This document shows, in pieces, positions 30,964-41,342 of a stretch of 64,000 nt of DNA. Below the pieces are notes generated by a model. That model saw only the letters and a list, made by a program, of their open reading frames with translations, ran no database searches and was not told the DNA's origin. Source of the stretch: an uncultured virus (IMG/VR IMGVR_UViG_3300021962_000072) (taxonomy: Duplodnaviria > Heunggongvirae > Uroviricota > Caudoviricetes); IMG/VR virus record IMGVR_UViG_3300021962_000072, positions 1-64,000 of that record; one strand, written 5' to 3'. Each line of letters starts with the position of its first letter. The stretch's first letter is position 1. Position numbers and translations under genes: made by a program.

Positions 30964-31915
30964 ATTTATTAATTCCGGTTTCAAAACCGCACTCACATAT
31001 GTCTTTCTGACAAACTATCGGTTTGATATTGGGACTAAACTCTCTAACAAAGTTCTCATCATAGAGATTATAAAAAGAATCTCTCCCGTAAACCTTCTGT
31101 TTACAATTGCCACCTATACGGCCTGTCTGAAATATTTCAAGATGATCTACACCTAAGTTACAGATCCATCCTTTGAATTTATTTTTCCCTTGTAGAGTAA
31201 GCCAATTATCTGCAACAAGTTTCTTTTTTCCGTTCTCGATCACCCATAGTTTATAATATTCTTTGTAGGGCAAAGTAAACCACCACCATAGATTAGGCCA
31301 ACGTTTGAGAGGCTTCTCGAGATATTGAACTTGATCAGAGTTGTATCTACTTTCTCCGTTAAAGTGTACCCATTTGGCAACTATAGGCCAACGCTTTTCG
31401 CTGCCCCTTAACATCTCTAATATGCCTTTGCACTTATCCCAATGTGCAGGATCCATTAATACATTGGCAACTAGATTAGTTTTTTCTCTATAAAGAGCAT
31501 CCCCTACATCGATAATGTGATGCGGTTTGGCATATTCGTGATGCACAGATATTTCTACAGCATCAAACAACTTAGCATGTTGTTTCCACCAGTTGCTACT
31601 TTTGTAACCATTAGTTGATAATCGGATAACTGCATTATAATTTGATTTTAAAAACTTACATAAGTCAGGCAACTTCTTCCACAGTGTAGGTTCACCACCT
31701 ACTAAGTAGAATTCAAAAACATCTTTACCGTTATTTTTATAAGTGTCTAAAAGATATTTTAAATTTTTAATTAATAATTCATAATCTGGCCAGGGATGAT
31801 CACCTTCGTTGCTGCCAGGAAAGCAATACGAACATTTGTAATTGCATAGATTACCTAACATAAATTCTATGCTAAGAACATTTGATTTTCTGCTGTTAAT
31901 AACACGAGTCAGCAT
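30941..31915 (-). CDS. Radical SAM protein
   Basis: CNYKCSYC and GGEP. Confidence 0.9.
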   Translation of the reverse strand: MLTRVINSRKSNVLSIEFMLGNLCNYKCSYCFPGSNEGDHPWPDYELLIKNLKYLLDTYKNNGKDVFEFYLVGGEPTLWKKLPDLCKFLKSNYNAVIRLSTNGYKSSNWWKQHAKLFDAVEISVHHEYAKPHHIIDVGDALYREKTNLVANVLMDPAHWDKCKGILEMLRGSEKRWPIVAKWVHFNGESRYNSDQVQYLEKPLKRWPNLWWWFTLPYKEYYKLWVIENGKKKLVADNWLTLQGKNKFKGWICNLGVDHLEIFQTGRIGGNCKQKVYGRDSFYNLYDENFVREFSPNIKPIVCQKDICECGFETGINKFIPIQPL

Positions 31916-32991
31916 TTGTACTTTTCCATTATTTCATCAAACATTTCTTTTGTTTCTGCTTTAGGAGCACACAGTCCACACCAACAACTATGTTTCTTAC
32001 AAATTATATCTGGTAATGTATCGGTTGATATCCGTTCTTTTAGGTCTTTTAAAATTTTATCTGAGTCTTTTAACATCCCTATGACTCCAACCTTTCCCTC
32101 TAGATTCATTCTACAGTCTTTATTAGTATAGATCTCTCCTGTTGTTTGCCTAATGTAGAGAAAGAATCTATTCACAGAACAATGCCAGCCTTTAAAATTA
32201 TTTCCTTTTATGTAGGTTGTTTCTTTATCTTTGTCTGTGCATAGTACTTCTCCCCCGCAGCAAGCTCTGCCCTGAGAAGAAAGATTGATACCATTTCTAA
32301 AAAATGAAATGACCTTAGTTGTAATCGGAACTTGTTTTATTCCTGTCAAGTATTCAGTTTGTTCAGCGTTGTAATTAAATCTAAACTCAGTCCAAGTATG
32401 ATCTAGTTGTCTTGGAGTATAACTTATATTGTTTTCTTTACACCATTCAACAATCTCTACACACCTATCCCAGTGTTTAGGATGCATCAATACGGAAACT
32501 TTAAAATTCTTTTTTTGATCTCTAAGATAAAGAACATTAGATTTAAATAGTTCCTGTTGCTTAGGCAAGCTTTCTGAATGAAAACTCATTGTAAAGTAGT
32601 CAACAAGATCTGCAATACGTTTCCATCGATCGGTTCCTGTAGTTCCATTTGTAATCAATGCTACATTCAAGTTCCAATCATTGTAGAGGCTTTTCTTTTT
32701 TCTCAAGTACTCTAATATTTCTATAATATTTGGATGGAATATACTTTCTCCGCCTTGGATATTTAGATTTGCAAATCTTATATGCTCGGGCCTATCCATC
32801 ATGTAAAGATTGAGATACTCTACTATAAAGTCAATTGTAGATAAACTATCTTCTAAACTAGGATGATCTATCTTATTGTCGTGCCCATCACCGCAATAAC
32901 TACAATCAAGATTACATTTTAAAGTAGATTCCCAAGCTACTTGAAATGAGTGATGATTATTAGTTTGATCTAAAAACTTAAAATCTGGCAT
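31909..32991 (-). CDS. Radical SAM protein, paralog of 29860-30963
   Basis: CNLDCSYC, GGE, GRACCGG and CWCGLC. Confidence 0.9.
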   Translation of the reverse strand: MPDFKFLDQTNNHHSFQVAWESTLKCNLDCSYCGDGHDNKIDHPSLEDSLSTIDFIVEYLNLYMMDRPEHIRFANLNIQGGESIFHPNIIEILEYLRKKKSLYNDWNLNVALITNGTTGTDRWKRIADLVDYFTMSFHSESLPKQQELFKSNVLYLRDQKKNFKVSVLMHPKHWDRCVEIVEWCKENNISYTPRQLDHTWTEFRFNYNAEQTEYLTGIKQVPITTKVISFFRNGINLSSQGRACCGGEVLCTDKDKETTYIKGNNFKGWHCSVNRFFLYIRQTTGEIYTNKDCRMNLEGKVGVIGMLKDSDKILKDLKERISTDTLPDIICKKHSCWCGLCAPKAETKEMFDEIMEKYKC

Positions 32992-34400
32992 TATTCTATG
33001 AATTTTAATTCTGGGAAGAAAGTAGAAAACTTTGTATTTCTTACTTTATCTAACTCTGCGAGATATTCTTTTAATGCTGGTAACAAATGACTGTTGTCTG
33101 CCGAATCCATAAATTCTAGTACAGCTTGCCAGCGGCGCCAACCATAAGGATTCTTTTTCCAAAAGTCTTCATCCTGTCTGTAATTTTCGTGTAACCAGGT
33201 TGCAAATTCTGCAAATGATTTTCTTACTTCTGCTTTATCTTCTTGCGGTAAACATCTAATATCTAAAAATGTAGGTATGTAAAGCAGATGCATATTAAAG
33301 ATACCGCCACCTGCTTGTATTCCGCCCGTGACATTTTCAAAATTTATCTTTTTAAAGTTCTGTTTTATCTTCCATCGAGCAAAGTCTGGCAGATGTTTGA
33401 TGTTTAGTATCTGTATAGCTGTGGCTATACTGACTTGTATATTGTCTGGGGTGTTATCTAACCTGTGCAAGTTCTTTTCGATAACTGACCAATCGCTAGG
33501 ATATCTTATGTAATAATTTTTATCACCATAAGCATCTATGCTAAATCCTACTTTAACTTTTTTAAATTTTGTCCATAGATCAATGATCTCTTCATTTACT
33601 AATAATCCGTTTGTGTTGTATCTGATTAGGATCTTATCCGCATATCCTTGACTGATTATTTCTTCTAAAAACTTTTTGTGTTCTTTTATTAGTAAAGGTT
33701 CCCCGCCTGCAAAGTAAACTTGTTTTAGATTAGGAATCTGTTTATACATTTCTTTCCAGAAGTCTGGATTTTCGTGCCAATAATTGTTGAACTCCTTTTG
33801 GTCCCAACTCATTTGACTCTTCAATGCATCGTGTTTGAATAACGGATAGACTTTTTTATGATCTGCTACCCACAAACTCGAATCGTGTGGACTGCACATA
33901 ACACATTTTAAGTTACAGGTATGGCCTAATCTAAGATCTAGATAGACTAACTTCTCCGGCACAGTGCCATCTTGAGCAGTCTGTTCTACTAACTCCTCTA
34001 AATCGATTCCGTCCAAAGACCAGGATGCTGTTTCCCAAATGCGCTTGCTGGCTATTCCTTTGCTTTCTTCTTCAAAACATTTACGACAGCTAGCAGGAAT
34101 TTCATTGCGCAGCATCGTTGTTCTAACCGAACGCATGTATTCGTTATTCCAGGCGCTCATAGGAGTTTCTCTACCGAAGTTAGCAGGTCGTCCTGTTTCG
34201 TTTTTTACTAATCCTACTATATGATCTTCGCCAGCACCAGAGGCATTTGACGAACAACATAATCTCATGTCGCCATTTGGTCTAGTTGCAAAGTGTATCC
34301 AGGGCAATGCACAAAAAGTATTGCTGCCGGTCATCGATGCTATTTTATTTTGCCAATGGCCTAGCTCAGTATCTTGAGGTTTAATCCAAAATTCTTCCAT
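32991..34400 (-). CDS. Radical SAM protein with N-terminal twitch-like domain
   Basis: CALPW...CC...CRKC; CNLKCVMC; GGEP. Confidence 0.9.
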   Translation of the reverse strand: MEEFWIKPQDTELGHWQNKIASMTGSNTFCALPWIHFATRPNGDMRLCCSSNASGAGEDHIVGLVKNETGRPANFGRETPMSAWNNEYMRSVRTTMLRNEIPASCRKCFEEESKGIASKRIWETASWSLDGIDLEELVEQTAQDGTVPEKLVYLDLRLGHTCNLKCVMCSPHDSSLWVADHKKVYPLFKHDALKSQMSWDQKEFNNYWHENPDFWKEMYKQIPNLKQVYFAGGEPLLIKEHKKFLEEIISQGYADKILIRYNTNGLLVNEEIIDLWTKFKKVKVGFSIDAYGDKNYYIRYPSDWSVIEKNLHRLDNTPDNIQVSIATAIQILNIKHLPDFARWKIKQNFKKINFENVTGGIQAGGGIFNMHLLYIPTFLDIRCLPQEDKAEVRKSFAEFATWLHENYRQDEDFWKKNPYGWRRWQAVLEFMDSADNSHLLPALKEYLAELDKVRNTKFSTFFPELKFIE

Positions 34401-34999
34401 TAGATCACCCTAGGTCCGTTTGCTATAAACGTAGCACAGATCCATTTCTCGCCTTTGGTTATTACTGTTGACTCGTGTACGCCAGACTGATTAATTGATT
34501 CATCTGGATAGTCATATTCTAGCCAAGCCATTGAACCTTTTTTAGGCTTTATCGAAAAACCTAATACAGGAAAACTAAGTTCTCCACCTTCATAATCATC
34601 ATTCAAATAGAATATAGCAGTATGCTTTCGATCTCCGCCCTTTTCATAATATTTGATCTTCCTTGGTTCTAAAGGAAAATCTACGTGTAGATCAAAAAAC
34701 TGACCTTGATCGTATCTATAAATGTCTCCAGCTTCAATATGACTTCGAGGTACTCCTGTGACTTGGGTTATTATGGCCCAAAAGTGTTCTCTGATTTCTT
34801 GTGGCGTATCCCAACTTATGTTACGTTGTTCAATTCCTTCGTGTACTTGTCCGTCTGACTGCTGATAGGATTCCCACCCTGCTCTAGGATTCATTCCGTC
34901 TTTATTAAACTTGTCAATGATATAATCACAGTATTCGTGATCAACAACATCTTCGTAGACGGCAACTAAAGGCATTTCTGAATATACTATTTTGTTCAT
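34400..34999 (-). CDS. Prolyl 4-hydroxylase-like 2OG-Fe(II) oxygenase
   Basis: HVD, YLNDDYEGGE, HES...GEKW. Confidence 0.85.
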   Translation of the reverse strand: MNKIVYSEMPLVAVYEDVVDHEYCDYIIDKFNKDGMNPRAGWESYQQSDGQVHEGIEQRNISWDTPQEIREHFWAIITQVTGVPRSHIEAGDIYRYDQGQFFDLHVDFPLEPRKIKYYEKGGDRKHTAIFYLNDDYEGGELSFPVLGFSIKPKKGSMAWLEYDYPDESINQSGVHESTVITKGEKWICATFIANGPRVI

Positions 35000-36144
35000 A
35001 AATCTATCTGTGGATATAATTTTTGTAAATCTATTTGTTTAACTTGCTTCTTTGATTTGTAAGATTTCATAAAATCATACAACTCCGGGTTTACTTCTTT
35101 TAAAAATTCTTGTCTTAGCTTATCAATTGAATTACTATAAAAAATAAATTCATCGAAGTACTCAGTATCTTCGTTGTTTAAAAATTTAAGAACTTCCGGA
35201 TATGGTTCAACTGAAGATCTTATTTTATTTTTATACTCGGCGGGCAAAGAACTTATTCTTAAAAATTCCGGATAGAATAAAAATTTCTTCTCTAACCCAA
35301 ACTCAGGAAATTCTTTCTTAATAAATGAATCTAAGTCTTGTAACTTATTAACATTGTATATATTCACAAGAGTCGACACGCCGATAAAAGTACTTTCGGG
35401 AGGTCTTGATTTCATTAAAGACCGCAAGAAATTTAGTGTGTTAACAATATCATCAAAGTTTGACTTTCCTCTAATGTATTCATTCAATCCGCCGTATGCA
35501 TCTATGCTAACAAACAAATCAAGATACCTACATTTTTCAAACGCTTCTAAAATGTATCCTGAAGGTGTGACCATTCCGTTAGTGTATGTAGAGATTACAA
35601 CTTGAGATATTTCTCCGGAGGTCGTAAAGTCTTTAAAAAATTCTTGAGCTCTAGGACTTATTAACGGTTCACCGCCCCAAAATTTAATTTCTTTTAAATG
35701 TGTCTTATCTATTTCATTATGTCTTGTTGTTAAGATAAACTTTTTAGGATTGATTGTCTTACCTAATACTTCTATTTCATCTTCATACAACATATGACTA
35801 TTAGTAGATGCACACATTCTACATTTTAAATTACACAAGTTATCAAACTGCATTTGAATTGCGTGGATCTCAACATTATCAACATATCCGTATCGGTTAA
35901 TACTTCTTTGCCTCATAGATTCTACACCGGCAGCTTCTTCGTTATAACATTGGTCGCAGCCTTTAACAGGTTGGCCGGACAACAATTGATTCCTGAACTG
36001 TTCTAACACTCCTGTGTTAAAAGACTGATCGAAGGAATCTTTTATAAAAACTTTATAAGCGTGATTTTGACAACAGGGCTGTAAAATGTCACCGTTGAAT
36101 AGAACTACTTCCCTAAAGGGCAAAGGACAATACTTGGAAGTCAT
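34996..36144 (-). CDS. Radical SAM protein with N-terminal twitch-like domain
   Basis: CPLPF...PCC...CDQC; CNLKCRMC; GGEP. Confidence 0.9.
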   Translation of the reverse strand: MTSKYCPLPFREVVLFNGDILQPCCQNHAYKVFIKDSFDQSFNTGVLEQFRNQLLSGQPVKGCDQCYNEEAAGVESMRQRSINRYGYVDNVEIHAIQMQFDNLCNLKCRMCASTNSHMLYEDEIEVLGKTINPKKFILTTRHNEIDKTHLKEIKFWGGEPLISPRAQEFFKDFTTSGEISQVVISTYTNGMVTPSGYILEAFEKCRYLDLFVSIDAYGGLNEYIRGKSNFDDIVNTLNFLRSLMKSRPPESTFIGVSTLVNIYNVNKLQDLDSFIKKEFPEFGLEKKFLFYPEFLRISSLPAEYKNKIRSSVEPYPEVLKFLNNEDTEYFDEFIFYSNSIDKLRQEFLKEVNPELYDFMKSYKSKKQVKQIDLQKLYPQIDL

Positions 36145-36959
36145 TAATAAAAATCCAAATGATCTATGTTTATAATTTTTCTAAATTCTTTACTAAACTT
36201 ACAATCTATTCTTAGTCCGTATTCTTGTTCTAAACTGTGTTCTCCACCGTGCCAATCTTGGTCGTTCCAGAAAGCGGCATGTGAGTTTACATAGTGTTTG
36301 TCTTGTGTGTCTGGATCCCAAATATAGAACCCACGTTTGGTACGATAACGTATGTGTATAAACTCATTGTTATGAGGAGTATAGTAGTCGTTTTCAAACA
36401 CACCATTCTTAGCATCTAAGTCTCTGTGCTCAAAAGCCTTACCGTTATGGTCGCAATGAAAGAATATCACACGTCCAATACGATCTATCACACCGTGTGC
36501 CTGCAAACTTTTTACCCAACTTACTACGCCCGGAAAGAATCGACTTTCTTCTGTTAGCTGACGTTCAGCATTGCGTTCATTCCAGTCGCCTTCATTCCAT
36601 AGGAAATAATATACGTAAGGATCATTAGCACCCAACACACTCTTAAGATAACGTGTGAATAAATTGCGCTGTTTATAATCTTTAAAGTCTGTAGGATAGA
36701 TTTCTTTTCCCTGCACCTTAATAGGATGATCATCGGGTAGTTTCTGATATTCTTCAAACGCTTTGTAGATTGGTTTCCAATCGATAACATAACTACCTCT
36801 GCTTTGATCAAAGCCAGGTGCCATCCAAGTTCCTTCCTTGGCATAATCTCTAGCCAAAGCAAAACCTTTACAGATCTCAGCGTGTAGATCTATAAATCCT
36901 TTTACATCCAAAAACGGATCTAAGTTAATGTAGGGCTTACCGCCAATACCTCTAATCAT
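36144..36959 (-). CDS. Probable 2OG-Fe(II)/cupin-fold oxygenase
   Basis: EHRD...WHGG...LRID pattern. Confidence 0.55.
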   Translation of the reverse strand: MIRGIGGKPYINLDPFLDVKGFIDLHAEICKGFALARDYAKEGTWMAPGFDQSRGSYVIDWKPIYKAFEEYQKLPDDHPIKVQGKEIYPTDFKDYKQRNLFTRYLKSVLGANDPYVYYFLWNEGDWNERNAERQLTEESRFFPGVVSWVKSLQAHGVIDRIGRVIFFHCDHNGKAFEHRDLDAKNGVFENDYYTPHNNEFIHIRYRTKRGFYIWDPDTQDKHYVNSHAAFWNDQDWHGGEHSLEQEYGLRIDCKFSKEFRKIINIDHLDFY

Positions 36960-36986
36960 AGCAATACTTAGCTGATAAGTATTTGC

Positions 36987-37682
36987 ATGAATACGGATTA
37001 CGAATATTACTACAATGATGTTCCTGGCAAAGGCCTTTGCCGAAATAATTTAATCTACACAAGCCTTATAAGCAAAGACCGTAAAACATTTTGCCAATGG
37101 TATCATAACGATACTGAATATCATCGAGGACAAAATCAAGTCGTAGATTCTTCTTTAATGGAAGAAAAATGGTTGCGTGAAGTAAATTATATTACACAGA
37201 TGCGTAATTCGTTTCCGGACTTGGTACCAAAGATACTTAATATAGATCTAGACAAAAGAAAAATCTATCTAGAAATCGACGGTTATGATTTTTGGCAACA
37301 GGCAGGGACTGTAGAACAAAATTATGACAGCGTTCTTCCTGATTGGAAAGAACAGATGCTTGACATATTTAGAGCACATAGACAATTAGGAATCTATAAG
37401 TATAGTCTACACCCTAGTAGTTACTTTGTAATTAATGGAAAATTAAAAAGCATCAATTATTTCTTTTGTTACAAAGATCACGAAGCTCCGATCACGATTA
37501 ACAGTGTGTTGAGCCACATCAGTGAAGATAGACAAAAGGATCTCTATTTAAAAATAGATAAACTAGGACTGTCAGTCGATAGCCCTGTTCCGTTTATTGA
37601 TTTACAGATGCTGGCATTTGATAGTTTTAAAAATAATTTTCCAGACGATTTAATGGAACAAGCCAAAAACATATACAAATAA
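36987..37682 (+). CDS. Protein-kinase-like fold protein with a degenerate catalytic loop
   Basis: REV...VPKIL.ID..KRKIYLE; GIYKYSLHPSSYF; KSINYF; paralog of 41335-42012. Confidence 0.45.
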   Translation: MNTDYEYYYNDVPGKGLCRNNLIYTSLISKDRKTFCQWYHNDTEYHRGQNQVVDSSLMEEKWLREVNYITQMRNSFPDLVPKILNIDLDKRKIYLEIDGYDFWQQAGTVEQNYDSVLPDWKEQMLDIFRAHRQLGIYKYSLHPSSYFVINGKLKSINYFFCYKDHEAPITINSVLSHISEDRQKDLYLKIDKLGLSVDSPVPFIDLQMLAFDSFKNNFPDDLMEQAKNIYK

Positions 37683-37683
37683 A

Positions 37684-38673
37684 ATGATATTCAAACCATA
37701 TTTAAAAATGTTAGACATCTACTACGGTGCAAGATGTAATTTGTTTTGCAACCAATGTGACACTCGTAGTGATACTATCAGAGATACAACTAACGATCCT
37801 GACCTTGAAACTATATTCGAGGGGATTCGATTAGCAAGAGAAAAGTTTGAAATCGAACTTTACAGCATGATTGGTGGCGAACCCTTGTATTACCTTGATA
37901 AAATAGATGCTATCCTTTCATACATAAGGTCTCTTGATCCGGATACTCCAATACAGTTCTCTACAAACGGAACATTATTGTCTAAAAGAATAAATGAAGT
38001 TTCTGAATTACTAAGAAAACATAAATGCAGTCTATTTGTGTGCAATCATTTTTCATCATTTGATGCATCGATGTCAGAGAAAATATCAAACAGCGTTGAC
38101 GAATTAGTAAATCAGTTAGGTCTGAAACCCGGTGATGCTAACAAATTCTTGTACGACTTTATGAAATTAGACAATCCTAGAAACGATCCGTTCTTTGCTA
38201 AGTGGATTGATATTAATAAAGATTACAGCCAGGGAGAACAACCCAACGATCTTTACTATCACGACAACGAAATATTTGTACACTTTAGACCGCAAGGAGA
38301 ATTTAAAAAGAATCATTATATGAAAGATGGTAAACCTAAACCATTTCAAACAGGACTACCACATCTTTCGTATAAGCAAGGATGTAGTAGTCCTATGTGC
38401 AGTTTTCTAATAGACAAGAAAATATATAAATGTGCTGCACTTGGCACACTAAAAAGATTGTTAGAATTTCATAATAGTCTAGATGATCCGGACTGGAAAA
38501 AGTATCTCGATTACAATTATCTAGATTTAGAAAACTGCACAGACGGCGATGTGATGAAATTTCATTTAAGTAAATTTTGTGCCATTGCAGAATGTGATAT
38601 GTGCGGAACCAAATATTTTAATAGATCCAAGGAAGATGTTACCAATGTACAAGTTATTAGAATGGACCTCTGA
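37684..38673 (+). CDS. Radical SAM protein
   Basis: CNLFCNQC, GGEP and TNG. Confidence 0.9.
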   Translation: MIFKPYLKMLDIYYGARCNLFCNQCDTRSDTIRDTTNDPDLETIFEGIRLAREKFEIELYSMIGGEPLYYLDKIDAILSYIRSLDPDTPIQFSTNGTLLSKRINEVSELLRKHKCSLFVCNHFSSFDASMSEKISNSVDELVNQLGLKPGDANKFLYDFMKLDNPRNDPFFAKWIDINKDYSQGEQPNDLYYHDNEIFVHFRPQGEFKKNHYMKDGKPKPFQTGLPHLSYKQGCSSPMCSFLIDKKIYKCAALGTLKRLLEFHNSLDDPDWKKYLDYNYLDLENCTDGDVMKFHLSKFCAIAECDMCGTKYFNRSKEDVTNVQVIRMDL

Positions 38674-39199
38674 TCTAGATCTAACTGACTTTTATAATAA
38701 AGCTGACCAAAAAGGTTTTTACAATAACAGTAATCAACAAAGAATGATAGACTGTTTTAAAAACGAGAGAGATTGGAAAGCTTGGATACTCTACGAAAAT
38801 GATCAAGCAGTGGGTAGTGTAGTCTCTCACACTTTTGATGATGTAATGGGTACGGGTAGTTACAGAGTGTTGGCGAGATGCTGTGTACTAACAGGTGCTA
38901 GATCAAACGGTGGAATGATGACTGCTCGAGTGGCAATAGGTCAACATCAAAACATCACCGATCAATTCTTCCTACCTGCTTGCATTGAGTGGGCTGGAGA
39001 TAATATCTATGCAACCTCTAATGAAAGTATTGTTGCTAGCCAAAGATTTGTACACAGAACTTACTTCCCTACTCTTGAAAAACTAGGAATCGTTGAAAAA
39101 GTTAAAGATGTATTTTATAGAGGAACTGATCAAACTGTTTGGAAAATAAAAGTTGATAAGTTCTATGAAAATTTAAATCGTTATCCTAGATGGATCTAA
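38645..39199 (+). CDS. Hypothetical protein (possibly GNAT-like)
   Basis: ORF overlaps the upstream stop; the fold guess rests only on strand/helix pattern. Confidence 0.5.
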   Translation: MYKLLEWTSDLDLTDFYNKADQKGFYNNSNQQRMIDCFKNERDWKAWILYENDQAVGSVVSHTFDDVMGTGSYRVLARCCVLTGARSNGGMMTARVAIGQHQNITDQFFLPACIEWAGDNIYATSNESIVASQRFVHRTYFPTLEKLGIVEKVKDVFYRGTDQTVWKIKVDKFYENLNRYPRWI

Positions 39200-39799
39200 A
39201 TTTGGATTAATCCTGTATAGCTGCTCCCTTAGATAAGGAGTCAGCTTCCATCTAAATTCCATTTGTCTTACAACGGGATGTCTAGTCCAGAACACAATCG
39301 ACTCTATTATATCGTCGTGGCTAGTGGTATAATCACTAACAAACGCAGCAGGATCATTGTCAACTGTTGTGCCTTCGATAAAACTAAGATCTAAATGCAG
39401 TATAGGTATTCCGTTTGGATCTAAACTTATCAATCTACATTCTTCTGCTAACTCTTGCTTGTCTTTCACATATTGCGTAGGTATAATTTCTGGATAAAAT
39501 CTACTGACACTGCCCATAACTACCATAGAATCAACTTTATTCTTTAGTGCTTGTAGCAACTTTAACTGCTGTCCGTCCCTGTAGGCATTGTTAATAAACA
39601 ACTCACAACCAGACGCTTCTTCGACCACTCGATCAAAATCTTTATCAATGTCGTATCCATTACTGCGAGACAACCCTACAATTTCTCTACAGCTATCTTG
39701 CTTGAGAGCATCATATATAGATTTGCCAATGCCGCTGGTGTGACCAGTTATAACTATCCTCTTACTCAATTCTTTTCTCCGTGAATAAACGATACACAA
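39173..39799 (-). CDS. Short-chain dehydrogenase/reductase-like protein
   Basis: ITGHTSGIG, NNA and YVKDK (YxxxK); true start probably TTG near 39769. Confidence 0.8.
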   Translation of the reverse strand: MCIVYSRRKELSKRIVITGHTSGIGKSIYDALKQDSCREIVGLSRSNGYDIDKDFDRVVEEASGCELFINNAYRDGQQLKLLQALKNKVDSMVVMGSVSRFYPEIIPTQYVKDKQELAEECRLISLDPNGIPILHLDLSFIEGTTVDNDPAAFVSDYTTSHDDIIESIVFWTRHPVVRQMEFRWKLTPYLREQLYRINPNLDPSRITI

Positions 39800-40221
39800 G
39801 TTACTGTTGGATTAGCAAGCCAAAAATCAATAACTTTACCTATTGTTTCTGGATCATTATAACTTGCACCTGTTAGTTCTAATAACAATATATTTCTGTC
39901 ACTTGTATTCGCTACTTCTAATACACGTTGTTTTAATTCTTTTTTATTCTGACTATATTCAGGCATACTAGGATCGGGATAGTCTGCGGCTACGCTACCC
40001 ATTACTACTATATTTTTAATTCTAGAGTGTAATTCATTAAAAAGATCTATTTGCAATTTTCCGCCGTAAGCATTATTAATAAACAAATTACAACCTACTG
40101 CCGAAGTAACGATATCATCACCTCGATTTAATCCAATAACAAAATATCCCTTCTTGGTAAAATATTCTTTTAAAAATTTACCAAGTCCTCTAGTTGTACC
40201 TGTAATACAAACTTTAAACAT
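39766..40221 (-). CDS. Short SDR-like protein
   Basis: ITGTTRGLG, NNA and YSQNK. Confidence 0.75.
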   Translation of the reverse strand: MFKVCITGTTRGLGKFLKEYFTKKGYFVIGLNRGDDIVTSAVGCNLFINNAYGGKLQIDLFNELHSRIKNIVVMGSVAADYPDPSMPEYSQNKKELKQRVLEVANTSDRNILLLELTGASYNDPETIGKVIDFWLANPTVTCVSFIHGEKN

Positions 40222-40224
40222 ACA

Positions 40225-40770
40225 TCACCACAAATTCAAAATATATTTAGGTTCTAGTCCGCAGTTAGATCCGGCGTGCCAGTATCTCCTATCTGCCCAT
40301 TTAAATGTATCGCCTTGCGCTTTGTTATAGAAGCATTGATCTTCTACTATAAAAACGTGTCCGAACTTTGGTTTTGATATATGACAATGATATCGGACCA
40401 TAGGAGGTAACTTAGATAATTGTTCTTCCTGATCGTTTACATCCCAATGTATAGGAGCAAAGTGTCCAACATCTATCCTACTGATCCAGGCAGTGCGATA
40501 AGTTTCAATATTGTAAAATCCACAAAACTTATCAATCACTGAAGAATCAAATTGCTTACCTGGAAGATACATACTCCATCCAACGGTGCCGCCTTCATTT
40601 AGATTTTTGTATCCGGCATGGTCCCATAAGTCCGAGACTTCTTTAAGACCAGGAATGTCATCACTTTTCTTATGACTAGGTCCTATGTATTCCGGAGCAG
40701 TCGATGCACACTGTTTTATTATTTCATCCCAATCTATTATCTGAGAACAGTTTCCTATGTATTCTATCAT
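40225..40770 (-). CDS. 2OG-Fe(II) oxygenase/cupin-like protein
   Basis: HWD...WHAGSNCG. Confidence 0.7.
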   Translation of the reverse strand: MIEYIGNCSQIIDWDEIIKQCASTAPEYIGPSHKKSDDIPGLKEVSDLWDHAGYKNLNEGGTVGWSMYLPGKQFDSSVIDKFCGFYNIETYRTAWISRIDVGHFAPIHWDVNDQEEQLSKLPPMVRYHCHISKPKFGHVFIVEDQCFYNKAQGDTFKWADRRYWHAGSNCGLEPKYILNLW

Positions 40771-41342
40771 CTAGGTTTTCCTAAAAAATGAAATAGGTAA
40801 TAGGGCTCTGAACCACAATTAGTTCCAGCATGCCAATTCCTATAGTTGTCCCATTCCCATACATCGTGTTGTTTGGTATTATAAAAAATATCATTTTCAA
40901 TTATCAACACATGACCAAATTGAGGCTTCTCCATAAAGCAAACGTAACGAACTAGATCGCCTTCGGCTAACCATTCTTTCTCTTTGTCTTCTACATCCCA
41001 GTGGTATGGAACACATCGGCCTGGCCATAGTTCGCTAACAAATACCCTTCTTGGATCTGCATTGACTAGATCTGCAAATTTATTTTGTACCTCTATATCA
41101 AAATGAGTTCCTGGATAGTAATCGTACCACTGTATTTTTTCTAAGGCATATCCAGCATCGGTCCAAATTTTTATAACTTCTCTATAAGACCCTAACAGAT
41201 CCTGATCCTCCTGCCAGCTAGATTCAGATCTATCAACTACTGTGGTTACAGAATTAAAGTCACCATCATTCCTGGACTTGCATATTTTTACAATGCTTCC
41301 CCAGTCTATTAAATTTTCAGTGGAACCTACATACTTAGGCAT
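40767..41342 (-). CDS. 2OG-Fe(II) oxygenase/cupin-like protein, paralog of 40225-40770
   Basis: HWD...WHAGTNCG. Confidence 0.7.
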   Translation of the reverse strand: MPKYVGSTENLIDWGSIVKICKSRNDGDFNSVTTVVDRSESSWQEDQDLLGSYREVIKIWTDAGYALEKIQWYDYYPGTHFDIEVQNKFADLVNADPRRVFVSELWPGRCVPYHWDVEDKEKEWLAEGDLVRYVCFMEKPQFGHVLIIENDIFYNTKQHDVWEWDNYRNWHAGTNCGSEPYYLFHFLGKPR